From positions 35,977 through 99,976 of the forward strand of contig JAJYNO010000009.1 in assembly GCA_021786295.1 (NCBI GenBank): a stretch of DNA of 64,000 nt. Direction: 5' to 3'. This DNA is from a bacterium. GTDB taxonomy: Bacteria; Elusimicrobiota; Elusimicrobia; Elusimicrobiales; UBA9959. Within the stretch, counting starts at the first letter, position 1; every line of letters begins with the position of its first letter. The translations under genes and the position numbers were made by a program. The notes under the pieces were generated by a model. That model was not told the origin of the DNA. It was given only the letters and a program-made list of their open reading frames with translations, and searched no databases. Positions 35,423 through 50,400 of the stretch are shown piece after piece.

Positions 35423-38400
35423 ATGCGCGCAAGGGGAAGAACCGGACTTTTCCGGGCGGCCAAGAAAAGCCTGCTCCTGGCGGGCCTTTCGCTTTTTTTC
35501 TCCGTCCCTTCCCTCTTCACCGCCGCCGGCGCCGACACCAAGACAGTTCAGACCATCTCCGGCGCCGATACGGTGGACTGGCCGGCCAGCCGCAAAGTGC
35601 TCTACGAGCAGGGCTACGGCCTCACCTGGGTCTTCTTCGAGAACGCGGCCGGCTTCTCCTACAGCGCCTTCAACGGCAACTCCTGGACCACCCCGGCCAC
35701 GGCCATCTCGGCGGCCGAGGCCGGCGGCGGGACCAACCCGATGTACGGCAGCGTCTACTACGTGGCCGCCTCCAGCGACGTCTACGTGATAACCACGGAC
35801 CCCGGCCCCGACCTCACCGGCAGCCCGTACAACAACGTCTACATGAAGAAGGGCCGCCTGAACGCGGACGGCAGCATAACCTGGGGCGGCCTCCAGACCA
35901 GGACTATAACCGGGACGGTCGGCGGCGGCACCGGCGACTGCTACGCCGGCGGCGGCGTGGACATAGCGCTGCTGGGCAACGAGACCAGCGGCGTGACGGC
36001 CTGGAGCTGCGACGCCAAGCGCACCGGGACGAGCTACAGGATCTCCGTGCTGGGCCAGGACGGCATGGGCACCAACCTGAGCGGCGGCTCCAACTTCGCC
36101 GTGGACGCCAAGGATTCCAACTCCGAGGGAGCCGGACCGTACAAACAGTTCGGCAGCCTGGTGCCGGTATACGACAGCGGCGCCTGGTACATGCTCAACT
36201 TCCAGAAGGACAGGAGCGACTACTACGGCACCCTCCGCGAGCACCGTTACGACAACAGCGGGGTATATTTGGCAAGGGAACTGGCCATAGCGCCCACAAA
36301 CACACCCGGCCAGGACCAGTGGGCCTATTCGGCCGCCGCCCAGCCGCAGTCCTCCATAGTGCACCTGGTATATACGGATAATACCGGGAACCTTATTTAT
36401 AAGCGGCGCGCCGGGCCCAGCAGCTGGCCTACCACCATCACCCTGACCACCAACGGCACCTCGGCCAGCCCGAATTACCACCCCAGCGTGGTCTTCGCCG
36501 CCAAGGACCCCGGCGACCCCAGCTCCTTCGACAAGGTGTACGTGATCTACGCTTCCACCTACGGCTCCGTGAACTACGCCGTGGGCTCGGCCACCGCGGC
36601 CAGCATCAGCGACTTCGACATGGTGAGCGGCCTCAACTGGAACCAGTCCGCCGGCGGCGCCACCTCGGTGCAGGCGCCCTCGTTCATACAGCTGCCGAAC
36701 CCCATCCCGGTGGCCTGGAACGGCAGCGGCGGGGTGCAGTTCGACCGCCTCCCCACCTCCAGCTACAGTCCGCCCTCCGTCGCCTCCGCCTCGCCCCTGA
36801 GCGTGGGCATAGGGGCCGGCGTGGCGGACTACGCCGGCAGTTCCTATTACGACATAACCCTGAACGGCTCCGGCTTCCTGAACAACCCGCCCCCCGGCGT
36901 CTCGTTCCAGAGCGGCGGCAACCCGGTGTCCGGCATAACCGTCTCCAGCGTCACGTACCTGTCCGGCACGCAGGTAAGGGCCAGCATAGCCGTGGACCAG
37001 TCCGTGGGGCAGGGCCCCGTGGACCTGGTGGTCACCAACTGGGACGGCCGGAACGGCTTCGCGACCGGCATAGCCACCGTCACGGTGCCCTCCTCCGCCC
37101 TCACCAGCCCGGTGGAGCCCATAGACTACTCCAGCGGCATAGTCTCCTTCGCGGGCGTCTCCGGTTTCGCCCCTTCCGGCTACGCCGGGGCGCCCACGCT
37201 CGCGACCCCGCAGGTCAGGATAACCCGCGGCGACGGCTACGAGTGGGACGGCACCCAGTTCGTGGACCCCGCGGTCTCGGGCGAACAGTGGCGCAACGCG
37301 ACCTCGGGCACTGCCAACTGGCTCTATTCCGACTGGCCCCCGGCCAGCCAGGCCGACGGGCAGAGCTACGTCCTCACCAGCCGCGGCAAGACCAGCGACA
37401 GGGGCTACTCCACTCCCAGCTCCAACGTGACCTTCACCATAGACAAGCTGGGGCCCGCCGTTTCCTATACTTTCCCGGCGGCCAACTCCAGCAACAATTC
37501 CATCACGGCCATACAGGGCACGGCGGCGGACGCCGGGGTCGGCATCCAGCACGTGAGCATGCAGCTGATAGACTCCGGCGACAACCTTTTCGGGAACGGC
37601 AACGACCTGTACTGGACCGGCTATCCCGCCACCGGCTTCCTGGCCTCCTCCACCTGGTACTACGTGGTCAACAACAGCGCCGTGCCCAGCGAGAACGCGA
37701 ATTACAGCTGCGGCACTTCCTGCCCCTACAAGAGCGTCAACTGGATAGTAAAGGCCACGCCCGATTCCGGCGGGGAGCCGCAGCTGCCCTCGTTCATAGA
37801 CGGCAGGAAATACCGGCTGCAGGTGGAGTCGGCCGACAAGTTCAACCCGGACACCTACGCCTCCAGCTTCGACTTCTATTACGACACCACCCCGCCCAAC
37901 GTCTCGGTGAGCGTGCCCGCGCAGCTGATGCCCAACCAGCCCGTGAGCATGGGCGACCCCTCCAACGTCTGGCGCAACAACTTCGACTTCCTGCAGGGCA
38001 GCCTCTCCGACAACGTCGTGGACCCCGTCATAGGCAGGCGGCACGTCTATTACTGCGTCTACGAGTACGGCGGCACCGACAAGTGGGGCACCGGCTGCGC
38101 CGGCCCGACGCCTGTCTACGCGTCGGCGCTCTACGCCCCCTCGGCCGACCCCTACAGCTACAGCATCGCGGTCTCCACCAACTGGCAGAACGGCTTCTGG
38201 TACCACCTGGCCGTGTACGCCGACGACGCGGCCGGCAACCTGGACGGCTCGCCGCTGTCCCCGGCCACCAGCGGCTATTTCTACTACGACGCCCTGCCGC
38301 CCAATATTTCCATAACCTATCCGGCCAACAACGTCAACTACGGCGCGGGCACCATGAACGCCCTGCTCGGCACCTCGCACGACGACCACTCCGGCGTGGC

Positions 38401-41400
38401 TACGGTGCAGTACCGGATAGAGCATCCGCCGCTGGCCAAGTGGAGCGCCGCCAGCAAGACCTGGATAGACCAGACCGCCCCCATCTGGAACGTGGCCGGC
38501 ACCACCACCGCCATCCCTTTCGACACCTGGCAGTCCTCGGAGACCGCGCAGGCCGGCCAGTGGCTCTCCGGCGAGCAGTACACGTTCATCGCCCAGTCGC
38601 TGGACAAGGCCGGCAACTACTCCGCCTCCTACTCCACGACCGTGTTCAAGTACGACACCACCCCGCCGGTCACGCTGGTGCTGAACCCGCCGCCTGCGGG
38701 CAGGTACTCCGACAACCAGTTCACCAATATCGCGGGCACGGCCAACGACATGCCGGACACCACGCGCCAGGCCGGCGCCGACATGACCTGCATAGGCGTG
38801 CAGCGCCAGTCCGACGGCCTCTGGTGGAACGGCACGGCCCTGGGCTGGCAGTCCGGCCGCAGCGACTCCTGCCAGACCTGGTCCTATAACTGGGCCCACC
38901 AGAGCATGGGCGGCTTCTGGAGCACCGTGGGCTCCACCGAAGCGTTCAATATCTACGCCTGGTCGCAGGACATGGTGCAGGTCCCCGGGCCCAACGTCGA
39001 GTCCAGCACCACGCTGAAGGACTCGTTCATCTACGACGTGCTGCCGCCGACCTCCACGCTGACCTCCCCGCAGGACAACACCTGGTACAGCGACCAGGCC
39101 GGCTACCAGCTCTCTTCCATAGCGGGCACGGCCGTGGACCTGCCGCTGACCGGCCCCGCCGCCGGCGGCTCCATCAGCGACATGCAGGTGGAGGTGCGCG
39201 ACGAAGTGACGCTGACCTGCTGGAACGGCTCCGACTTCACCGGCACCTGCGGCAGCGCGGCCACCTGGAAGGACATGGGCCTGGTGGCCGGCAGCACCTA
39301 CTCCTACAATACCGCCACGCTGATGGCCGCCGCCGTCGAGAACAGGCCCTACCGCGTCACGATACGCTCGATGGACAACGCGATGGACCTGGACAACAAT
39401 CCCAAGCCCAACGTCGAGAGTTCCTTCACGGAAGGCCGCAACCGCAGCTACTTCAGGGTGGACCGCACGCCGCCGTCCACGCTGATCCAGTCGCCCTCGG
39501 CCAGCAGCGTTTACGTCTTCAGCTCCCTCTCCGGCACGGCGCAGGATTCCTACACGCAGGTCCAGAAAGTGCAGGTGGCCTACTTCAGCGTCACCCTCCA
39601 GAAGTGGTGGAACCCGGCCTCCGGCAGTTTCGACCAGGGCGACGGCATCAACCCGCCGCCGGCCTCGGCCTTCGTGGCCGCCTCCACCACGACCGCGAAC
39701 CCCGTGCCTTGGACCGTGACCGGCTCCAGCGTGCCCGCGCTGACCAACGGCCAGAGCTACCTGGTGTTCGCGCGCGCCACGGACTCGGTCGGCAACCAGA
39801 CGGCCTTCCCGGGCTATTCCGGCTTCACCACGCCGCCCAACCAGTCCTCGCTGATAGAGATAACCAAGGTCACGCCGCTGCCTTCCTCGGTGATCACCAC
39901 GCCCCCGTCCGGCTCGCCCTACTACAGGCCCACCGACCTGACCTCCATCAGCGGCACGCTGTCGGCCGCCACCACGGTGCAGGTGATGATCACCGACCTC
40001 AGCGTCACGCCGAACCAGGTCTGGACCCCGGGCGGGTGGGTCTCCACCACCACCTACCTGGCCGGCTGCACCGACAGCACCTACGTGATAGGCCAGTCCA
40101 CCTGCGGCTATTTCGGCGTGGACACCATCTCGCTGGCCAACTGGACCAAGAGCACCTCCGGCATCTGGCCGGCCGGCACCGCGGAGTTCAGCGTAAAATC
40201 CAGGGCCGCCTCGGACGCGGACGGCATAACGCAGCTGACCCCGCTGCCACAGCGCTACTTTTACATAGACGGCGACGACCCGGCCACCACGCTGGTCGAC
40301 CCCGCCGCCGCCTACGAGCGCAGCCTCCCCGTCATCGACGGCACGGCCTCCGACGCCGGGGTGGGCAAGGTGGCCAACGTGGAGGTCGCCATCTCCACCG
40401 GCTCCGGCTCCTATTACTGGAACGGGACCTCCTGGCAGTCAGGCTCTCCGGTCTGGCTGCCGGCCGCGGCCGACGACGGGGCGTTCGACTCCAACCTCGA
40501 GGCCTGGAACCTGAACTCGGGCCTGCCGGTCTTCCAGAACAGCAAGACCTACGAGGTGCAGGTCCGGGTCACCGACATGGCCGGCCGCCAGACGCTGTAC
40601 CCCATCCCGTACCAGCAGTTCACCATAGACACGGCCTCCCCGACGGCCGCGATAGCCCTGCCCGACGGCAGCCACGGCATCAACGCGATGACGGCGCTCT
40701 CGGGCACCGCCTACGACAACGCCCTCAACCAGAGCGTGCAGGTGGCCATACAGCAGCTGGGCAGCCCGCAGCTCTGGTTCGACGGCAGCGGCTTCAACAA
40801 GCTGCAGACGGACCCCAACTGGCTCTACGTCGCCAACGGCGTGAACGGCTTCCTGTCGCCCAACGCCACCAGCTGGATGTACGCGCCGGCCGGGCTGGAC
40901 TCGGCCTTCCCGGGCGGGCTCCAGTACCTGCTGCTGACGCGCTCCACCGACGTGGCGGGCAACATCCAGACCAACTTCCAGGTCAACATCTCCTCGCGCG
41001 TGGTCTTCGTGGACAAGGCGCCGCCGGTCACCAGCGTCACGCTGCCGGCGGACGACGGCGACGGCGTCAGCGGCCGCTACAAGTCGGCGTACATAGGGGA
41101 GTCGCTGACCTCCTCGCGCTTCTACGGCTCGGCGGCCGACAATTTCTACGCGGCCAACAACGCCGGCGTGGAGCAGACGCAGATGCAGCTCTCCTATCTC
41201 TCCGCCGGGGACACCTGGTACTGGCTGGGCACCTACTTCAGCTCCGGCACGGCGGCGCAGAACGGCTCGTGGCTCAACGCCTCGGGCGTGGGGAGCTGGA
41301 TCTATCCCAACGACATCGCCTGGCCGGCGGGGGACAGGGAGTACACGCTGGAGGCCAGGTCCATGGACGCCACGCGCGCCGCCGACGGCACCGGCACCGG

Positions 41401-44400
41401 CAACTGGGAGACCGCCTTCAGCCAGGGGCAGAACGTGAAGAAGTTCATCATCTGCGACACCCCTCCCGACGTGGCCATCACCACGCCCACCGAACTGTCG
41501 CTGACGAACGACACGAACGTCTACGGCACCGCCAACGGCAACCTGGCCGGCTTCAGCAAGGCGCAGGTGCGCATCTCCACCGGCTCCGGGGCGGCCATCC
41601 GCTACTGGTCCGGCGGCTCCTCGGCCTGGGTCACGAACCCCGAGACCTGGAACGACTCCATCCGCCTGGGCAATACCTCCTGGTACTACACGATCCCGGC
41701 GTCGCTGCTGGTGGAGAAGACCACCTACACCGTCTCCGCCAGGGCGCTGGACTACGCCGGCAACTATTCGGTGACCTATTCCACCCGCGACTTCCTGAAC
41801 CAGCGGCCGTCGAGCTTCGTGCAGGACCCGTACAAGGCCGCCTATAACACGCTGACGCAGCTGGACGGCTACGCCACCGACAATACCGGGGTGAGCGCTG
41901 TGGCCATCAGCATCTTCAACTACGACCAGAACAAGTGCTACGACCCCTCCCAGCCGGGGGCCTGGAAGACGGTGGGCTGCCTCTCGGACAACGACGCGCC
42001 CTGGGTCGCGCCGCAGGTCAGCGTCTGGGCCTCCTCCGCCAGCTGGGTCTACACGGTCAGCGACTCCACCTGGACCAGCGGCGCCCATTACCGGATACGC
42101 GTGAAGTCCATGGACCAGGCCGGCAACTGGGACGTCACCTACGCCACCGCCACGTTCCAGTTCGACACCGAGATCCCGGTCTCCAACGTGGTCTACCCGT
42201 CCAGCGGCTCCTACCTGCCGCTGTCGGCCAACCCCATGACCATACAGGGCACGGCCTTCGACGGCTTCTCGGGCCTGAACCAGGTGAACTTCTACCTGCA
42301 GCGCTCGGACGGCTGGTACTGGAACGGCATAGGCTGGCAGGGCACCGCCATCGCCCTCAACGGCGACGCCCCCTACTCCGGCTGGAGCAAGCAGATAACC
42401 AACTCGGCGGCCTACATAGACGGCGAGCAGTACTCTATAACTTCCTGGGCGACGGACAACGCCGGCAACCAGGAGAGCCCGGCGGTCAAGTCCATGTTCG
42501 TATACGACGTCACGCCGCCCACCAGCACCATCACTTACCCGTACGACGGCGGTTATATCAGCCAGACCGGCATGGTGACCGGCGGCTCCTACGATCCGCC
42601 GCACGGCATGACCGGCGACGTCAGGGTCCGGATCAAGGCGCTGAGCGGCCCCAACGCCGGCTATTACTGGCGGGTGTCGGACTCCAGCTGGACGCTGCAG
42701 AACGCCCCCGAGGTCTGGAACAGCGTGGCCTCCTACGGCTCTCTCAGCTCCGGCGCCACCTGGTGGCAGCTCAATACCGCCCCGTGGCAGACCGGCGAGA
42801 CGTACGAGGTGAACTCCTACGCCGTCGACAAGGCGGGCAACGCGGAGGTCGTCTATTCCACGGCCACCAACATCAAGGCGGACTTCACGCCCCCGGTCTC
42901 CACGGTCACGCTCCCGGCGCAGGGCGCCACCTACGGCGACGTCCCGCTGCCGCAGCTGACCGGCACGGCCTACGATTCCTCCCCCGGCCAGGTGGACCAC
43001 GTCTACGTGCAGTTCGGCTATCTCCCTTCCGGGCAGGGCGGGGCCATAACCAACACTTTCGACGGCCAGAGCTGGCAGGCCAACGGCGCCACCTGGCTGC
43101 CTGTCTCCTCCGTGACGCTGTCGGCCGGCAACTGGACCTATAACGTCCCGGACTCGGTCTGGAACTGGAACAATTCCTGGTACACGGTCCGCGCCTACGC
43201 CGTGGACAAGGCCGGCAACGTGGAGGGGACGATCTGGCGCTCCGACTTCTATTACAGCGCCCCCTTCCCGGTCACGGCCATATCCGCGCCGGCGGACGGC
43301 AGTTATACCAACACCTTGCCGCAGAAGGTCTCCGGCACCGCCAGCAAGTTCACCTACTCCTCGCTCTCCGGCGTGCAGGTGTCCGTGGAGCGCAAGAGCG
43401 ACGGCTTCTACTGGTACGGCAGCTCCTTCTCGGCCCCGGGCTCCATGCAGTCGGCGCCGCGCGTCTACTTCAACGCCAGCGACGTCAGCGTGCTCGGCGA
43501 CGGCAGCCTGTACTGGGACTGGACCAGCAACATCTCCACCTCCGGCTGGACGGACAACACCTCCTACTATTTCCTCTCCAAAGGCTACGGCCCGGCCGGC
43601 CCGGAGCAGACGGCGGACCTGGTGGGCAACACGGTCATCTACGACGCCACTCCGCCCAACACCGCCGTAGCCGTCCCGGCGGCCGCCATCTACCAGAACA
43701 TGCCGCAGCTCTCGGGCACGGCTTCCGACACGCCGCCGGGCCTGGTGAGCTACGCCCAGATAACGATACAGGACCTGACCTACCCGGCCACCTACTGGAA
43801 CCCGGCAACCGGGGCCTGGCAGAACAGCGTGGTCTGGGCCACCACCACCCTCAACTCCGGCAACTGGTCCGTGGGCGCCGGGCTGCCCGCCTGGACGGAC
43901 GGGACCTGGTACCGGGTAACGCCCAAGGCCGCGGATATGGCCGCCAACGTCCAGACCGGCGGCTCCGTAGACTTCCTGATAGACCGGACCACCCCGACGG
44001 CCGACATCTCCAGTTTCGTGGCCCTCAACTCCACCGTGACCGCGGTCAACGGCCAGGTCAGGTCCTCGCTGAACTCCCTCATCGGCACGGCCTGGGACAA
44101 CGCCGGCCCCGGCGGGGGCGCCGGCGTCCTGGACAAGGTGCTGCTGCATATAACGCGGCCCAGCCAGCCCGGCACCTCGCTGCGCTACTGGCGCTGGGAC
44201 ACAGGCGCCTGGGACGCCTCGCAGCCGGCGGACTCGGACATCTACTGGGCCACGGCGACGGTCAGCGTTCCGGGCGTTACGGCCTCCTCCTGGACCATCG
44301 CCGGCCTGCCGCCGCCCGGCGCCTACATCCAGGGCGACTCCTACATAATCATGTCCAGGGCCAAGGACACCGCGCTCCCCGCCGGCAACACGCAGCAGGC

Positions 44401-47400
44401 CTTCGTGGACGGCTTCTCCTCCTTCACGGTGGTATGGGACGTCAATCCGCCGTCGGTCGTTCTGACCAGCTACGGCGACACGCTCGGCACCGGGCGCATA
44501 AATCCCGGCGGGGACTGGACCCTCTACGGCACCGCCTACGACTCCCCCGGCGGGGTCACCAGCGTGACCAACGTCAAGCTGCGCATAGCCAGGCTGGAGG
44601 GAGCCACCACCTATTACTGGACCGGCCTGGACTGGGGGACCACGCCTTCGGAGGTCCAGCCGGACGCCTTCACGCCTCCCAACTGGGACTACACGCTGCC
44701 GGCGGCGCAGCTGCCTTCCGACGAAAAGTACATGCTCTTCACGCGCGGCATAGACAACGCAGTGCCGCCCAACTCCGGCTCCTTCGGCGCGGAGACGGAC
44801 GTGATCCTGGACACCACGCCGCCGCTGGTGCAGATAACCTCGCCTACGGCCCTGGCCGAGGGCTCGCCGTTCAGCATCTACGGCACGGCCGACGCGAGCC
44901 TGGCCGGGCAGAACTACACCCAGATCAGGTTCTCCACCGGCACCGGCCTGAGCACCCAGTACTGGACCGGCGCCGGCTGGACCGCGGCGCCCGATACCTG
45001 GATACAGACCGTCAAACTGGGCGACACCTCCTGGTATTACACCCTTCCGGCGGCCATGCTGGCCAGCGACGTCTCCTATACCGCCTCGGCCCGGACCCTG
45101 GACTACGCCGGCAACTATTCCGCCGTCTATTCCACCTACGTCTTCACCTACGACACGGTGCCGCCCTACGTGACCCTGTCCTTCCCGGCTGACGGGGCGG
45201 CGTATTCGAACATAAAAGTGTCGACACCTATAGCCGGCACCTCCAACCAGAACGACCAGACGAACCCCTATTCCAAGGTCAGCGCCGTTTACGTGCAGGT
45301 GAAGGACCTTTCCAATACCACCTGTTTCGACGGCTCAGCTTTCTCGGCCTGTCCCTCGTGGCAGCTCGCGGGGGGGACCCTGGACAACTGGAGCTACAAC
45401 AGCCCGTCGCTCGGCTTCATCGGGAACCGGCAGTACTACATAGAGGCCAAGGCCGTCGACTACGCCGGCAACGAGTCGGCGCACGCCGCGGCCACGATAA
45501 AGTTCGACGTGGACAAGCCGACGTCGACCATAACCTACCCGCTGCAGGGCTACACCACCGGCTTTACGCAGGTCCGCGGCCAGGCGGCCGACGCGGCCGA
45601 TACCTACCGGGCGGACCTGGGCACCTATACCGTCAACGTCGCCTTCCAGCTGGTCGGCGGCAGCTGGTGGAACGGCTCCGCTTTCACCGCCGCGGACCCG
45701 GTCTGGTACCAGGCCTACGCTGACACTTCGCCGTACAACATCGGCAAGACCACGGTCACCTGGAGCTATAACCTGCCGGCGGCGCTGTCCGTCTATCTGG
45801 CGGACCCCGGGAACCAGAACTCCAATTACCGCGTCGTCTCCTGGTGCTACGACCTGGCCCTCAACCCTGAATACGGCCCGCCGGGGGCGCAGCCAAAGAC
45901 CGGGGACGTCCCGGCCGGGGACGGCGTGACGCTCACGTACGACAACCAGAAGCCGGTCAGCTATATCACGCTGCCTTCCCTGGCGAGCTATAATTCGCTG
46001 CCCTCCATAACCGGCACTTCGGGCGACAGCGTCGGCGTCGCGATAAAGCAGACCTGGATCACCGTCTATATGCCGGCGCTGGGCAAGTATTACGACCCGT
46101 CGCTGAGCCCGCCGTGGTCGCCCCCCGGCTCCGACGAGAATTCCGCGCCGTGGCTGTCCCCGCAGGAGACGGTGTACCAGAGCTCCTCGTCCTGGACCTA
46201 CGCCATACAGGACTCCACCTGGACCAGCGGCGCCACCTACCGCATCCGCGCCAGGGCCCTGGACGTGGCCGGGAACTACGACACCGTCTACACCACGGCC
46301 ACCTTCCTCTACGACAACCAGGCCCCGATCTCCACCGTGACGGTCCCGGCTGACGGGGCGAACCTGAACTACATGCCCGCCCAGCTGCAGGGCACCAGCT
46401 ACGACCCGGGCTCTTCCGGGGTCTCCAGCATAGCCCTCTACATAACGCGCGACTCGGACGGGCAGTACTGGAACGGCATCAACGGCTGGTCGCCCACGCC
46501 GCAGATGCTGACGGCGTCGCCGCCTTTCGACAACTGGACTTCGGCCATAAACCCGGCCATGTTCACCGGCAACGACGGCGTGCGCTTCTACGTGCAGACC
46601 AACGCCCGCGACGCGGCCGGCAACCAGGAGGGCTACGGCGTCAAGTCCTCGTTCGTCTACGACGTGACGCCCCCGACCTCCACCATCGCCTACCCGTACA
46701 ACAACGGCTATATCAGCCAGACCGGCAACATAAACGGCGGTTCCTACGACAGGCCGGACGGCATGGTGCGCGACGAACTGGTGCGGATACAGGACATTAA
46801 TCCCTCTTCGGCGAATTACCTGAAGTACTACAGCGTCGCCGGCTCCTCCTGGACCTCCGCCGTGACCGCCAACAGCGCGCTGAACTACGGCTCGCTCAGT
46901 CCCGGCGCCACCTGGTGGCAGCTGAACGCCGCGCCCTGGCAGAGCGGCGAGACCTACGAAATAAGCGCCTGGGCTGCGGACAAGGCCGGCAACTTCCAGG
47001 TGACGTACGCCACCGCCACCGCGGTGAAGGCCGACTTCACGCCCCCGACCTCTACCGTGACCTACCCGGTGAACGGCGTGGACGTCCATTCCGAGCTCAC
47101 CAGCATCTCCGGGTCCGCCTCCGACGTTCCGCCCGGCATGCTGGACAAGGTGCTGGTCTCCTACTACTGCGAGGACACCAATTATCCGGCCATCTACGGC
47201 AAGTACTGGAACAGCGCCGACGCGGCCTGGGACTCCTCCAACCCCGTTTTCTATCCGGCCGCGATAAACGGCGACACCTGGTATACGACGGGGGCCTCCA
47301 CCCCGACCTGGTACAACAACAAGAACGGCGTCTGGTACAGGGTCTTCGCCAAGGCCGTGGACCAGGCCGGCAACGCGGTGGCCGATCCCGGCCAGGCCCT

Positions 47401-50400
47401 GCCCGATTCCCCGGAGATACATTTCCGCCTGTTCCCGCCGCCGCCGGTGTCGTACATAATCACGCCGCCGGCCGGGGTGCCGAACTACAGCGCCGTCCCG
47501 ACCATCTCCGGCACGGCCGTCTACGCCACCACGGTGGCCGTGCGCATAATAGATTACGGCCCGGACCTGACGTACAACTCCGGGAACGACGACCTGGTCT
47601 GGGACGGCACGGCCTGGGTGTCCACCAGCACCGCCTGGGCCACGACGGTGGGCTATCTCGGGGTGGACAGCTTCTCCGCACCCAACTGGAGCATCACCGT
47701 CCCGTCCTGGAACGGCAACCGGCGCTACCGGGTGATCTCCAGGGCCTACGACGGCGTCAACGACGTCTACGAGACGGTCACCCCGGACCAGGGGAACGAG
47801 TTCATCCTGGACACCTCCAACCCAGCCGCCGGCGTGACCGCCCCGTCGACCACTTATCTGCACTCGCTGAACGCGCTGGCCGGCACGGCCTCCGACGTGG
47901 CGCCAGGCACGGTGGTTTCCGGCTATTTCCGGGTGAAGCGCCAGGCGTCCGCGCAGTACTGGAACTGGCAGGCCTCCACTTTCACGGCGCTGTCGGGCCA
48001 GTATACCGACCTGACGGCCGTCCCCAGCTGGAACAGCACCCTGGGCGTTTACCTGCTGAACTACACTACGGATTATTTCCAGAGCGGCGCGGCCTTCGAG
48101 CCGAACCAGTCGTACGTGGCGCAGCTCTCGGTGACCGACAAGGCCGGGAACGCCGGCTCCGCCGCGGACATGCCGTTCACGATAGACGTGGCCTCCCCCA
48201 CCGCGTACATAACCATCCCGTACGACGCCAACAACAGCGGCATACGCCGTATGGACTCCATCAGCGGCACGGCGGCCGACAATTTCGCCAACGCCAACGT
48301 GTCCATCGCCATTCAGGAGCAGGACTACCACCTCTGGTACAGCAACTCCGCGCAGGGCTTCGTGAGCTCGGCGCAGCCGATCTGGATCTCGCTGCTGAAC
48401 AACACCAGCGGCTACCTGTCCGCCTCCGCGACGAGCTGGACTTACGCCCCGGCGGGCTTCGACAGCAGGTTCTCGGCCGGGTCCGACGGCGACACCTACC
48501 TGGTGCTGGCCAGGGCCCAGGACATGGCCGGCAACGTCCAGGACCAGTTCGCCTCCCCGGTCTCCTCGACGGTCATAAAGATAGACAAGGCCCCGCCCTC
48601 CTCCTATTTCGCGTTCCCGGCGGACGATTCCGGCGCCGGGACAGGCCGCTACAACAGCTCCTCGCTGGGCTTCGTCAACGGCACCGCCGCCGACAATTAT
48701 TACACCGTCAACAACGCCGGCGTGGCGGAGGTGGAGCTGAGGCTGTCCTACCTGCAGGGCGGGACCACCTATTACTGGGACGGCTCCAACTTCGTGTCCG
48801 GCGGCGGGTTCGACACTACCGCCTGGCAGCCGATAACCCCGAGCGGCTCGGCCCCGGTCTGGAGCTGGGTGTACGCCCACCCGGTGACGATGCCCGGGGA
48901 CCGCGAGTACAGAGCGGAAGCCAGGGCCATGGACGACGCGCGGCTGGACGACGACACCGGGGACGGCAACTGGCAGGTCAACTACACCACCGTCAACTTC
49001 ATTGTCGACGACACGCCGCCGCTGGTCGCCGTCACCACCCCGACGGCTTCCGCGCTGTCCCAGCTGCAGGGCATAGGCGGCACCGCCGACGCCTCCATAG
49101 CCGGCTTCAGCGGCGCGCAGGTGCGCATCTCCACCAGCTCCGGCGCCAGCTATTGGAACGGCTCGGGCTGGACCTCCTCCCCGGTCTGGCTGAACGCGGC
49201 TAAACTGGGGAACACCTCCTGGTACTACACGGTGGACCAGGCGATGCTGCAGGACAACGCCGTCTACACCGTGGAGGCCATGGCGAAGGATTACGCCGGC
49301 AACTATTCCAGCGTCTACTCCACCTACACCTTTACCTACGACACGACCGGGCCTTCCGTCTCCGTCTCGTACCCGGTCAACGGCGCGGCCTATTCCGGGG
49401 TGCTGACCTCCACGCCCATAGCGGGCTCCTCCTCCAGTTCCCAGTCCGCCCCCAACACCGGCGTCAGCACGGTGGCCGTCGCCATCAGCGAGCTGGACAG
49501 CCTGAACCATTATATAGACTGCTTCGACGGCTCGGCCTTCTCGGCCTGCGCCTCGCCGGTCTGGCTGCCGGCGCAGTCCGCCGGCGGCTCCAACTGGCAG
49601 TTCAACAGCCCGGCGCTGTCCTTCGCCGACGACCACAAGTACCACGTGGAGGCCAGGGCGCAGGACGTGGCCGGGAACTACTCGGCCGTCCAGGGCGTGG
49701 ACTTCCGTTACGACGTGGACCCGCCCACCTCGACGATAGTCTCCCCGGGCTCCGGCTATATAAACGCGTGGAGCCAGATAACCGGCTACGCCTGGGACAA
49801 CTACAACAACAACAGGGTTTACGACGCGGGTTTCGGCACCTATACCGTGCTGGTGGCCATAAGGAGGGTCGGCGGCTCCTGGTGGACCGGCAGCGCCTTC
49901 AACGGCGGCGGCCCCTCCTGGCTGGAGGCGTCCGTCGATACCTCGGCCTACTCGCAGGGCTATACCACCTATACCTGGACCTACAGCATGCCCTCCGCCC
50001 TGCAGACGGCCATCGTCAGCGCCAGGACCAACGATTATTACGTCGTGCCCTGGTCCTACGACCTGGCGCTGAACCCGGAGTACGGTCCGGCCAACGGGCA
50101 GCCGGCGGCCGGGGACATCCCCGCGGGCGTCGGCCGGATAGTCCATTTCGACAACGACGTCCCGGTGGCCGTCGCCACCTCGCCCGTGAACATCTCCGCC
50201 CAGAACAACGTGCCGTACATCTACGGCGTGGCCACCGATACCGGCGTGATAGCCGGCGTGCAGGTGCTGGTCAAGGCCCGCGGCTCCTGGAACGCCGAGT
50301 GGGACGGCGGGACGACGGGCACCAACAGCGACTGGGACAACACCAGCTACGCGTACTGGAGTACGGCCACCCTTACCAACGGCGCCTGGTCGCTGGCCCT

